Of a stretch of DNA of 64,000 nucleotides, positions 49,561-58,394 are shown piece by piece. Source of the DNA: Candidatus Nitrospinota bacterium M3_3B_026. Its GTDB lineage: Bacteria; Nitrospinota_A; UBA7883; JBPRGF01. The notes below the pieces were generated by a model. The model was not told where the DNA came from. It ran no database searches and worked only from the letters and a program-made list of their open reading frames with translations. A program made the translations under genes and the position numbers. Numbering within the stretch: position 1 is the stretch's first letter; each line of letters begins with the position of its first letter. The DNA lies in NCBI GenBank assembly GCA_051418015.1, contig JBPRGF010000017.1:64001-128000 (forward strand). The letters are read 5' to 3'.

Positions 49561-49677
49561 CAAGGTCCTTCACGCCGCCGCCACTTCACTTCGTTCAGGG
49601 TGTCGGCTCCGTTCAGGACGACACATCATGACGTTGATGCCTCCAGCGGCGTCCTGAGCCGCAGGTGAAGGATCTTG
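49561..49677. repeat. Degenerate copy of the GTC..CTGA...GAAGGATC palindromic repeat
   Basis: CAAGGTCCTTCAC...GTTCAGGACGAC and GTCCTGAGCCGCAGGTGAAGGATCTTG resemble 43863-43890. Confidence 0.55.
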
Positions 49678-49738
49678 CCTTTTTGAAAAGACTCAAACCG
49701 GAACTCCGCCCCTGGCGCCGAAGACGCGCGCCCCTCTC

Positions 49739-50815
49739 TCAGGACAGCGGATCCTGCTGGTCATAGATGGTCTGGTACTTGATCGGCCGGACGGAGGTAA
49801 ACTCCGTCCGGGGCAGCAGAAGCTGGTTGCGTATCCTGAGCCATTGCACGTCCGGCTTGAGGCCGCGCAGCTTCCCGTCCGGCGGCGGCTTGGAGTGTTC
49901 GTTGAAGGAGTAGACGACGGCCAGGGCAGCCACGCCGTAGTCGCCGGTCTCGTGGATCAGAAACTGTTTTCGGAAATCCGGGTTCCCGTTGGGGTGTTTT
50001 TCTATCTGCTCGATGGCCCGGTTGTCGAGTTGGATCAGGGTGTATTTGAATATCCCGTTCTCGGATATCTTGGTCAGCGTCCTGCTTTCCGCCGAGGAGA
50101 CATATACCGTGCTGTAGAAGGGCGACTGCTTCAAAAGCTGCGCCGCCAGCAGGGCCGCCGTCCTGCGCCCGGAAACGGTGTGATGGAAGGAGTAGTACTC
50201 AAAAAGCTTCTCCCCCATTTCCTGGGCGTACTTTTCGCCTTTCTCGTAAAGATCCTTGGATATATACCGCAGCTCCCTGCCCAGGGCCTCGGCGGCGGCG
50301 TCGATCAGCCAGTCTATGCGGACGTGGAAATGGCTCAGCGCGAACCGGTTCTTGTGTTTCACCGACATGTCGCGCTGTATCAGCAGGGCGTAGTCCACGG
50401 GAAGAAGCTGCCGCAGGAGGTCGTAGAACTTGACGCTCTCGAAGTATTTTTGTTTCGTCTGGAAACCGTCGGAGAAATTCGCCTCGGCCAGCTTCAGAGC
50501 GCCGAGGTTCTCCTTCTTCACCTTGTTGTCGTCGAAATAGCGGATGTACTTTTTCATCTCGGCGGGGATCACCCCCTCGGAGAAGATCACGATGAAGCCG
50601 TTCATGAGGGAGTTTTCTATCTCACGCACCTTGGCGCGGGGCTTGAGTTCTCTCTTTTCGACAAAGGGATAGGGCTCGCCCGCGTTCAGAAAGTTCTGGT
50701 ACGAGTCCACCAGTGAAAAGTCGGCCAGGTAATGGTCAAGCTCGTTGCGCAGGGATTTATACAAGGCGCGGACTTTTTTTTCGTCGCGGCTCAGTTCATT
50801 CAGGTGCAACCACAT
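49739..50815 (-). CDS. Hypothetical cytoplasmic protein (358 aa)
   Basis: Long ORF with host-like codon usage; no family recognised. Confidence 0.8.
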   Translation of the reverse strand: MWLHLNELSRDEKKVRALYKSLRNELDHYLADFSLVDSYQNFLNAGEPYPFVEKRELKPRAKVREIENSLMNGFIVIFSEGVIPAEMKKYIRYFDDNKVKKENLGALKLAEANFSDGFQTKQKYFESVKFYDLLRQLLPVDYALLIQRDMSVKHKNRFALSHFHVRIDWLIDAAAEALGRELRYISKDLYEKGEKYAQEMGEKLFEYYSFHHTVSGRRTAALLAAQLLKQSPFYSTVYVSSAESRTLTKISENGIFKYTLIQLDNRAIEQIEKHPNGNPDFRKQFLIHETGDYGVAALAVVYSFNEHSKPPPDGKLRGLKPDVQWLRIRNQLLLPRTEFTSVRPIKYQTIYDQQDPLS

Positions 50816-51004
50816 CCGGCGATTAATTTATCTTCATCGGCAGGGGGCCGGTCTGTTATACAGGAAGGCGCCCCCGCTGGGGGTAAAGGTCAAAAAAACC
50901 TGTTTTTCCTATAAGTTAAGCTATTTTAACATGTTCCACCAGCAATCACAAGTTTTTAGACTTTTTTCAGCGGCTTTCAGGCTCCGCGGGGCCTTCGCGC
51001 AAAG

Positions 51005-52129
51005 TCAGCGGCCAGCGTTTTCCAGAAACTTTTGGACAACTCCGCTCATTCTTTCCATGAATACCGGCCTTGCGAACCTCTCCGCGTTGCGGCGGGCCGC
51101 CTCCGGCCTGAACCTCTCCTCCGCCCCCTCGAACCGCGCGATGGCGTCCTTCAGGCTTTCCGTGTCCTGCCTGTCAAAGAAGACTCCCGTGCAGCCTTCG
51201 GTCATCTCGTCTCTCAGCGGCGTCACCGTCTCCAGCACCCCCCCTCTCCCATAGGCTATAACGGGGGTTCCACAGGCCTGGGCCTCCACCGGGATGATCC
51301 CGAAATCCTCCTCGCCGGGATAGACCAGGGCGCGGGCGCGGCGGTAGCGCTCCAGGAGCCCCTCCGCTGAAAGCGGCCCCTCGAACCTTATGTTCGGCCC
51401 GGCCATGGCCTTGAGCCTCGCCTCGTCCTCGCCGCTTCCCACCACGGAAAGCGGCGCGCCGAGCTCGTTGAACGCCCTTATGGCAAGGTCCACCCGCTTG
51501 TACGGGGCGAAGGCGGAAACCACGAGATACCCCTCCCTTCCGCCTTCTTCCGCCGGAGTGAAAAAATCCACATCGACGGGGGGATAGACAACCTCCGCGT
51601 CGACGCCGTATATCCTCCCGGCCCTCTCCTTCACGTTTCTCGAGTTCGCCACGTAAAGCCCCACCCTGGACGCGGTCCTGACGTCCCACTCCCTCAGGCG
51701 CGGCATGATCTTTCCTATGGCGAAAAGGGCGGCCCTTGAGAAGCGCTCCGGATTGAAATAGTCACCGTACATGTCCCAGGCGTAGCGCATGGGGGTGTGA
51801 AGGTAACATAAATGGGGAGCGCCGCCGGGCTTCACGCCCTTGGCCACGCAGTGGCTGGACGATACCACAAGGTCGTATCCTCCCAGCCTGAAGGATTCTA
51901 TGGCCCGCGGCATTAGCGGCAGGTACCACCTGTACCTTTTTGCTATCGCCGGAAACCGTTGGAGAAAGGAGGTGTGTATCCTCCTGCTCTCTATGGCGGG
52001 GGAGACGGAGCCGGGAACATGGACGAGGGTGTAGATGTCCGCCTGGGGGAAAATCTCGAGCAGCGCCTCCAGGACGCGCTCCCCTCCCCTCATCCCCGTG
52101 AGCCAGTCGTGAACGAGCGCCACTTTCAT
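51005..52129 (-). CDS. Glycosyltransferase family 4
   Basis: HDWLTGMRGGE, EDFGIIPVEAQACG. Confidence 0.92.
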   Translation of the reverse strand: MKVALVHDWLTGMRGGERVLEALLEIFPQADIYTLVHVPGSVSPAIESRRIHTSFLQRFPAIAKRYRWYLPLMPRAIESFRLGGYDLVVSSSHCVAKGVKPGGAPHLCYLHTPMRYAWDMYGDYFNPERFSRAALFAIGKIMPRLREWDVRTASRVGLYVANSRNVKERAGRIYGVDAEVVYPPVDVDFFTPAEEGGREGYLVVSAFAPYKRVDLAIRAFNELGAPLSVVGSGEDEARLKAMAGPNIRFEGPLSAEGLLERYRRARALVYPGEEDFGIIPVEAQACGTPVIAYGRGGVLETVTPLRDEMTEGCTGVFFDRQDTESLKDAIARFEGAEERFRPEAARRNAERFARPVFMERMSGVVQKFLENAGR

Positions 52130-53196
52130 CTTGCGGCGGCCCTGTACGCGTCTAGGGTCATCCTGGCGGTCTTCTCCCACGAGAACTGTTTGACCCTCTC
52201 GTACCCTTTCCGGACAAGCTCGTCCCGGAACGCCGAGTCGCCGCGGACTCTGCCAAGCAGCTCCGCCATCGTCTCGATATCATCAGGCGGGGTCAGCGCC
52301 GCCGCGTCCCCCACCACCTCCGGGATCGATGTCCTGTCAGAAGCCACAACAGGCGCGCCGCAGGCCATCGCCTCCAGCGGGGGGAGGCCGAACCCCTCGT
52401 AAAACGAAGGAAAAAAGAGCGCCGCCGCGCCGGAGTAGAGCGCGCGCATCGTCTCCTTGTCCACGTTGTCGAAAAACCGCGCCCGGCGGCCGAATCCCGC
52501 GAACTCTTTTTTCCTCTCCTCCGGCATTCTCCCGACTATGACGAAAACCGTGTCATCACCCATCCTCTCCATCACCGGTCTGACGGCGGCGAGGTTTTTG
52601 TGCGGCCTGTCGGAGCCAACGTAGAGGAAGTATCCCGGCGCGAGGCCGAGCCGGTCCAGGACGCCTCCGAGGACTCCGCCGTCCATCCTCGAAAAATCCC
52701 CGCCGCCGTTCGGTATCACCCTTATCTTGCCCTCCGGGACGCCAAGTAGAGCGACGAGGTCTTTTTTTGTATGCTCCGAGACCGCTATGACCACCCTGGC
52801 CCGCCGGGCGGCGTTTGTGATCATCAGCCTGGCGTAGACTCTCGCGATAGGGTTAAAGCCGGGCGCGGCCACGTGTATGAGGTCGTGAACGGTCACCACC
52901 GACGGCGTCCGCATGAAAAACGGCAACACGTAATGCGGGGCGTGAAAAAGGTCCAGCCCGGCCCTTTTCGCGCTCCTGGCCAAGGTGATGTGCTCCTCGA
53001 CGGAGTATTTGCCAGCACGCTCCACGACCTTTGTCACCCTCCCCTCCGGGTATTCGCGGCGACCAATCCCCTCCGGGGTAAAAAACAGGACATACTCGTT
53101 TTCCTCGTCCACCTTCAACAGCGACTCGACGAGGTTCTCTATGTACCGTCCTATCCCGGTGTCGTCTATTTTGCGGACGTCTATTCCTATTCTCAT
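52126..53196 (-). CDS. Glycosyltransferase family 4 (mannosyltransferase-like)
   Basis: TGIGRY, TVHDLI, HKNL, EGFGLPPLEAMACG. Confidence 0.92.
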   Translation of the reverse strand: MRIGIDVRKIDDTGIGRYIENLVESLLKVDEENEYVLFFTPEGIGRREYPEGRVTKVVERAGKYSVEEHITLARSAKRAGLDLFHAPHYVLPFFMRTPSVVTVHDLIHVAAPGFNPIARVYARLMITNAARRARVVIAVSEHTKKDLVALLGVPEGKIRVIPNGGGDFSRMDGGVLGGVLDRLGLAPGYFLYVGSDRPHKNLAAVRPVMERMGDDTVFVIVGRMPEERKKEFAGFGRRARFFDNVDKETMRALYSGAAALFFPSFYEGFGLPPLEAMACGAPVVASDRTSIPEVVGDAAALTPPDDIETMAELLGRVRGDSAFRDELVRKGYERVKQFSWEKTARMTLDAYRAAAR

Positions 53197-53395
53197 ACAA
53201 AAGCCGCGGCCCGCCCCGCGGCGGCCGCCCGTTCATGGAAAAAAAGCGGATTACATCCCAGCTTACAACATAAAAAAACCCGCGAGGCTTTTGGATATTA
53301 TAATTATATTGAAGGATAAGCGCGGGTCGCTTGAAACGGCGGCTGATTTCGACGGTCTGCGGCGTCCTCTTGAGGCAACGGTTTCGAGCGAAAAC

Positions 53396-54043
53396 ATGAG
53401 AAGCCATAAAAAATCATGGCCGGAGACTTGGTACGCCTACCACGACCGGCTTGAGAAACTAAAAAAAAGGGCGAAAAAAAAGCTCCCCTCCCAGTCCAGG
53501 GTGGAGAGGAGCTGGGTCTACAAGATATTCGGAAGAGCCCTTCTCAGAAAGGAGTTCTGGAGCTTCAAGGTGGAGCCGCTTGCGCGGGGGCTGGCGCTGG
53601 GCCTTTTCGTGGCCTTCACGCCCACCGTGGGTTTCCAGATGCTGGTGGCCTGTTTGCTGATCCTTTTCTTCCCGGGCAACCTCCCCGTCGCCCTCGCGGC
53701 CTGCTGGGTGACCAACCCCTTCACCGCCGGGCCGATATATTACATGGAATACAAGGTGGGGGGATGGATCATGGCTTTTCTCAACGACCCGTCTCCGGCG
53801 GGGCTGGAGCATGTTTCCGGGACCGTCGACGTTTACGGCGTCGCGGGGGCCATGTGGATAGGATCGGTCATAATCGGGGGCGCCAGCGCCGCCGCGGGCT
53901 ATACGCTGACCCACGGATTCGTCACGCTGGAACGAAAGATCCGGTACAGCAAGGTTCTGCATTTCCGCCGGAAACGATCCGGGAAAAAATCGCCTCGGCG
54001 AAGGACCCGCGCGACGGAGGAATTGAAGAACGACCGCGAATGA
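53396..54043 (+). CDS. DUF2062-family membrane protein
   Basis: ARGLALGLFVAFTP, WVTNPFT. Confidence 0.8.
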   Translation: MRSHKKSWPETWYAYHDRLEKLKKRAKKKLPSQSRVERSWVYKIFGRALLRKEFWSFKVEPLARGLALGLFVAFTPTVGFQMLVACLLILFFPGNLPVALAACWVTNPFTAGPIYYMEYKVGGWIMAFLNDPSPAGLEHVSGTVDVYGVAGAMWIGSVIIGGASAAAGYTLTHGFVTLERKIRYSKVLHFRRKRSGKKSPRRRTRATEELKNDRE

Positions 54044-54275
54044 CCGTTCAAAACCGCAGCGCCGCCCCACCCTCCCTCCGGCGGCCATAAGCCTTTCGGC
54101 CGGCTCGATCGGCAGCTTCCTGTATCAGGCGGCCCCGCCTCCTCCGGCCATCACGATGATGAGCCCTTCAGGCTGCCTCGCAAGCCATATCAATTATTGT
54201 TGTGGACGCCGCCACGGGGCTTTAAAATTGACATTCACCGGTTAAATTACAGGACGTTCTTCAAGAGAGGAAAAT

Positions 54276-54830
54276 ATGAAGTTGCAAGACACCAGCACCC
54301 TGGATATCGTCCGCCTGTTCACCAGGGCCGTCCGCGACCTGGCGCAAAACTCCACGGGCAACCCGATCCACGTGGCCAAGACGGTTATGAGGGTTACGGG
54401 AATACAGATAAACGGCGACATAGGCGCCTTCGTCGCCTTCAGGGGCGACTACAGCGGGATCATGGTCCTGAACTTCGAGGCGCAGGCGGCGCTGGAGATA
54501 GTCTCGGAGTCGCTGCTTCGGATGGGGTTTCCAGAGGACGAGATACCCACGCACCACGGAAGCGACGAGGTCCGCAGCAACATGGGCGAGCTGGTCAACC
54601 AGGCCGTGGGGAAATGCCGGTCTCTCGTGGAGGAAAAATACGACCTCACGGCGAGAGCGAACATACCCGCCGTCGTGCCGATCACAGTGCCCATCGCCCT
54701 GACCATGGTGGCCAAGGAGCCCGCGGAGATGGAGTGTGTCCGTGTCGCGTTCACCACCAGCCGGCGCAACAAGTTTTACATGGAGCTGGCGCTGGAGCCT
54801 ATCCTGGGAGAGCCTCTCGAACAAAAGTAG
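54276..54830 (+). CDS. CheX-like / DUF3334-type protein
   Basis: GDIGAFVAFRGDYSG; MGELVN (ExxN phosphatase-like motif). Confidence 0.7.
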   Translation: MKLQDTSTLDIVRLFTRAVRDLAQNSTGNPIHVAKTVMRVTGIQINGDIGAFVAFRGDYSGIMVLNFEAQAALEIVSESLLRMGFPEDEIPTHHGSDEVRSNMGELVNQAVGKCRSLVEEKYDLTARANIPAVVPITVPIALTMVAKEPAEMECVRVAFTTSRRNKFYMELALEPILGEPLEQK

Positions 54831-55276
54831 CCAGGCGGGCGGGGAAAGCGCTCCGCCGAGGAACCGGCCCCGGATGGACCGGGGCAATCCGTGACATGTC
54901 GTCTGCGCAAGGAGCCGGGCGAGGGTCTCTCGCGATCCGCGGCTTGATTTATATGTACTATCCACAACCCGCCGCGAAGCTATAAACAAAATGAACGGGA
55001 ACGGGTCAGCTCGGCATTCTAAGCCCCAGGCTGAAAAAGTCTCGTCTTTCCGGAGAAGGCCGCGCGGGACTCTTAGCTGCGTTTGGCATGACAAGGAAAC
55101 GCAAACTGACTCACTTCCAATGGATGTTCACGCTCCCCATATTCGCGAGTTTCTCAGGATTTAAATTTGCGTTACGAGGGGATTCTAAATTAAACTTTAT
55201 GGCATTATCATGAATCGGCGCATGAGCTGATTGGGTTGTTTCATTTGAATTATGTCTGAAGAAAGGTCCTGATCGC

Positions 55277-55696
55277 ATGTCAATTATCAACACGAAGGAA
55301 GTACGGAAAAAGATATCCTACTATGAGTCGAAGATCGACGCCCTGAAGCAGCTTCTTGAGATATCCAGGACCCTTGAGAGCGAAGGGCCCGTCCGCGCCG
55401 GGAAAAAGACGGCGCGGAAAAAGAAGGGGAGACCCGCGGGGCGGAAAAGGCGCGGAGCCGTGTCCAACGCCATCGTAACCATGCTCGAGAACTCCAGCAG
55501 GCCCCTCACCGCCGGAGAGATCAAGTCCGGCCTTGAAGAGCAGAAGCTGGCGAAGAAAGGATCGTCCTCCGTTTATTCAACGCTTCTGCAGATGTCCAAG
55601 CGCGGCGTTGTGAAGAAGGTGAAAACCGCCAAGGGCAACTGCTATAAACTCGCCTCCTCGAAAGCGCGGCAGGAGAAGGCCAGGGGAAATAAATAA
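55277..55696 (+). CDS. Small basic DNA-binding protein (coiled coil, basic linker, winged helix)
   Basis: N-terminal heptads, KKKGRPAGRKRRG linker, AIVTMLE..PLTAGEI..VYSTL..GVVKK..YKL. Confidence 0.72.
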   Translation: MSIINTKEVRKKISYYESKIDALKQLLEISRTLESEGPVRAGKKTARKKKGRPAGRKRRGAVSNAIVTMLENSSRPLTAGEIKSGLEEQKLAKKGSSSVYSTLLQMSKRGVVKKVKTAKGNCYKLASSKARQEKARGNK

Positions 55697-55896
55697 CAGT
55701 GGACCCGGGGCCTGGGACCCGGGAGACTTCAGGTTCGGTCCTGGTTGCGTTACAGTTATTCCCGGAGTCCGTTATCGCGGGCGAAGCGATCTCGCTCATG
55801 TGACACATCGGGGTTTTCGCTGGATCGCTTCGCCGCCTGCGCCCAAGCGGCGGCCGGGAAGTTTTTTCAGGCGTTGCGGTGGATGCCAGCCGGCCG

Positions 55897-57156
55897 CTAG
55901 TCGCCGGCTTTTATCTGCTCGATAGTCTGTTTCACAAGGTCCTCGGCCACGTTTAAAGTAACGTCAGCCGCCACCTTTCTGAAAGTCTCCAGCAGCTCGG
56001 GCCTCATCACGTCAAGGACAGACCGGACCGAGCTTGTCACGGCCGCTTCCAGGCTCTCGTGATTCATCCTCTCGCCGATCGCTCTTTTGACGGCTTCCTC
56101 CACCATTCCCGAGAGACGCTCCATATCCAGCGCCTCTATTTCCTCCGCCTCTCCGGCCCGCTCGGCGGCTTCCTTCTCATATATTCCCGCCGCCTCCTCT
56201 GACGGCCCGCGTTCCATATCCGCGTCCGCCTCGTCGATCTCCCGGATCAGCTTGCGCGCCTCCTCCGACAGGCCATTGTCCCTTTGCTCGTCCTGCGCCT
56301 CGCCGTCAGCACGATCCGCCTCATCAACACCTGCGGGACCATGGTCGGCCGGGAAAACAGCCTCCTCCGGCTCCTTCACAGGCGTCGTCTCCAACGCGTC
56401 GGCCAAATCGTCCTCCGGGCGCTCCCGGTCGTCAACCTCCCTGGTGTTCGCGAGACCTTCCATCCCCCCGCCATTTCCGATCACCAGGGGCTCATCTTCC
56501 TCCATCATCGGACCGCGCTCCTCATCCTCCTCCAGCACGTCCTCGGCGCCGGACACGACCTCCAGCCCGGCGTCCTCATCCTCATCCCCGTCATCAACGG
56601 CGTCCTCGGGCCTGAGGCTCAGGACCTTCGGCGGCGCGGAGGAGTCAACATCTTCATCATCGCCGGGCGCGTCGTCCCCTTCTCCCAGGATTTCATCCTC
56701 GCCCTCTATAAGCTCCACCGCCTCGAGTATGCTGTCCTCGGAGACATCCACGTCCTCGAACGTGTCCTCCTCCAGGGCGGCGGACCCCGGGTCTATCACC
56801 GCCATAACCTGGCTCACCATGTCCTCGGAGCGAAAGGGTTTTTCGAACCGGCCGGCCGCGCCCGCCTCACGCGCCTTCTCCTCGTCAAAATCATCGAGAG
56901 CGCTGGACAGAAGATAGACCGGCACATCGGCCGTCTCCTGGCGCTCCTTCAGCGCCCGGCAAAGCTCGAAGCCGTCCATGTCCGGCATGCTCACGTCGGC
57001 GATCACAACGTCGGGCTTCAGCTCCGCCGCTCTCTCAAGCGCCTCGCGGCCGCTGCCGGACAGGATGACGTCTATGTCCTCCTTCTCGAAGGCCAATTCG
57101 AAGACTTTCTGGATGGTGGCGCTGTCGTCGGCTATCAGAACACGGGCTTTCGCCAT
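55897..57156 (-). CDS. RomR-like response regulator (receiver, acidic disordered linker, C-terminal helix)
   Basis: ADDSATIQKV, ADVSMP, FDEEKAR, KPF; long D/E-rich middle; C-terminal FRKVAADVTLNVAEDLVKQTIEQI. Confidence 0.8.
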   Translation of the reverse strand: MAKARVLIADDSATIQKVFELAFEKEDIDVILSGSGREALERAAELKPDVVIADVSMPDMDGFELCRALKERQETADVPVYLLSSALDDFDEEKAREAGAAGRFEKPFRSEDMVSQVMAVIDPGSAALEEDTFEDVDVSEDSILEAVELIEGEDEILGEGDDAPGDDEDVDSSAPPKVLSLRPEDAVDDGDEDEDAGLEVVSGAEDVLEEDEERGPMMEEDEPLVIGNGGGMEGLANTREVDDRERPEDDLADALETTPVKEPEEAVFPADHGPAGVDEADRADGEAQDEQRDNGLSEEARKLIREIDEADADMERGPSEEAAGIYEKEAAERAGEAEEIEALDMERLSGMVEEAVKRAIGERMNHESLEAAVTSSVRSVLDVMRPELLETFRKVAADVTLNVAEDLVKQTIEQIKAGD

Positions 57157-57333
57157 GGATTAACAACGCGATCTTAAGGGTTGGTCAAGCTGGAAAGGCC
57201 CCATAATGGACGCTCAAACCATCAAACATAACAGAAACTAACACAGGTTTTCAGGCGGTGTCAAACAACTTTCGCCGTCTCGCCGTCTCCCCCGCGGTGG
57301 CTCTTTGATGTATCATAGGCCCGTCAGAACAGA

Positions 57334-57427
57334 GGAAGATGAACGCGCCCGGTGGCGCGGCTGGACTTCAAATCCAGGTGGGGGCGTTTTCGCTCCCGAA
57401 GGGTTCGACTCCCTTCATCTTCCGCCA
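57334..57427 (+). tRNA. selC: tRNA-Sec (anticodon UCA)
   Basis: 8-bp acceptor GGAAGATG/CATCTTCC, 6-bp D stem CGCGCC/GGCGCG, CTGGA-CTTCAAA-TCCAG, long variable arm, AAGGG-TTCGACT-CCCTT, GCCA end. Confidence 0.97.
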
Positions 57428-57487
57428 TTTCCCAAAGCGGCCCGCCAATAAAATCAACGGAGTCACTTCCCGCGACGGGGCCAAAAA

Positions 57488-57509
57488 CGTGCCCCCGGCG
57501 TGCCCCCGG
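57488..57509 (+). repeat. 11-bp tandem direct repeat, possible integrase arm-type site
   Basis: CGTGCCCCCGG twice, 60 bp from the tRNA end. IHF-like AATCAA at about 57452. Confidence 0.55.
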
Positions 57510-57806
57510 GGATTTTTCGACCGGCTCCGGGTCGCGTTCTTTTTCCTGGTCCTGATACTGGAGCCCGTTCTTCGTCCGTTCTTTTCGTTTGCCTGGGAGT
57601 GTTATCTCCGGTTCGCGCCGGAATCGCCCGGCTCATCGGACTCTTCCTCCCCCCGGAGCCCCGGCGGCGGCTATCCCCCCGGCCCCGCCGGGGCATATGA
57701 ACCCGACACGCTGACCTGCCCCGACTGCGGTCGGATGTTCCCTCGCGGGATGGTCCACGAGTGCGCGTTGATCCCGCCCGCAAGGCCGCGAAAGGAGCAG
57801 CGATGA
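57489..57806 (+). CDS. Hypothetical protein with hydrophobic stretch and CxxC...HxC (start uncertain)
   Basis: Stop overlaps the next ATG (ATGA); CPDCGRMFPRGMVHEC; no clear SD. Confidence 0.4.
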   Translation: MPPACPRGFFDRLRVAFFFLVLILEPVLRPFFSFAWECYLRFAPESPGSSDSSSPRSPGGGYPPGPAGAYEPDTLTCPDCGRMFPRGMVHECALIPPARPRKEQR

Positions 57807-58069
57807 CGACGCTGATCGCCGTCTACGACTCGGACGGCCTCGTGGGCAGATGCGACGCCCGCTGCCATGACGCCACCACCGCTCATTGCAATTGCGTCTG
57901 CGGCGGCATGAACCACGGCGCCGGCGCGGAGCGTGCCCTGGAGAACACGAGGGAGTACGCCAAAGACATGATCGACAGATACGCCGGGGAGAAGGGTCTC
58001 GATGTTTACAAGGTCGTGATCGGCGAGGCGACGCGGCAGGAAAGTCTGTTCAACGACGAGAACGCATAA
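57803..58069 (+). CDS. Cys/His-rich phage-type hypothetical protein
   Basis: AAAGGAG SD; CDARCH...CNCVCGGMNHG. Confidence 0.8.
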   Translation: MTTLIAVYDSDGLVGRCDARCHDATTAHCNCVCGGMNHGAGAERALENTREYAKDMIDRYAGEKGLDVYKVVIGEATRQESLFNDENA

Positions 58070-58094
58070 ACGCATAGGAATAGGAGGAGAAACG

Positions 58095-58394
58095 ATGGCT
58101 GACGGTAAGACCGCGAAAGAGATCATCGAGGATCACCTGACCGCCAACGGCTACGGCGGTCTGTACCTGATGAAGAGCAGCTACCTCGGGCTCAAGAGGC
58201 TCCGGCGCGGCCATGAAGAGATGATGTGCGAGTGTCTGCTGGAGGACCTGGCGCCCTGCGGCGGCGACTGGGACGTCTGCAAACCTGGCTACAGGGTCCC
58301 GTGCGACTGCGCCCCCGAGAGAGAGTGCGAGTTCGAGTATCACATCAGCCCGAAGCGGCCGGTGAAGAAGACCGCCGGGAGAGATAACCGATGA
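58095..58394 (+). CDS. Cys-rich phage-type hypothetical protein
   Basis: AGGAGG SD; GYGGLY...CECLLEDLAPC...CKPGY...CDC. Confidence 0.8.
   Translation: MADGKTAKEIIEDHLTANGYGGLYLMKSSYLGLKRLRRGHEEMMCECLLEDLAPCGGDWDVCKPGYRVPCDCAPERECEFEYHISPKRPVKKTAGRDNR

Noticed and set aside
54958..54966. DnaA-box-like CTATCCACA
   Set aside because: Single mismatched copy with no box cluster or origin-linked genes.
55085..55112. GGAAACGCAAAC resembling part of a c-di-GMP-I riboswitch
   Set aside because: The P2/P3 stems and GNRA tetraloop-receptor architecture could not be built.
57339..57427. ATG at 57339 as a real protein start
   Set aside because: It lies inside a canonical tRNA-Sec; only the downstream part of the frame is plausibly coding.
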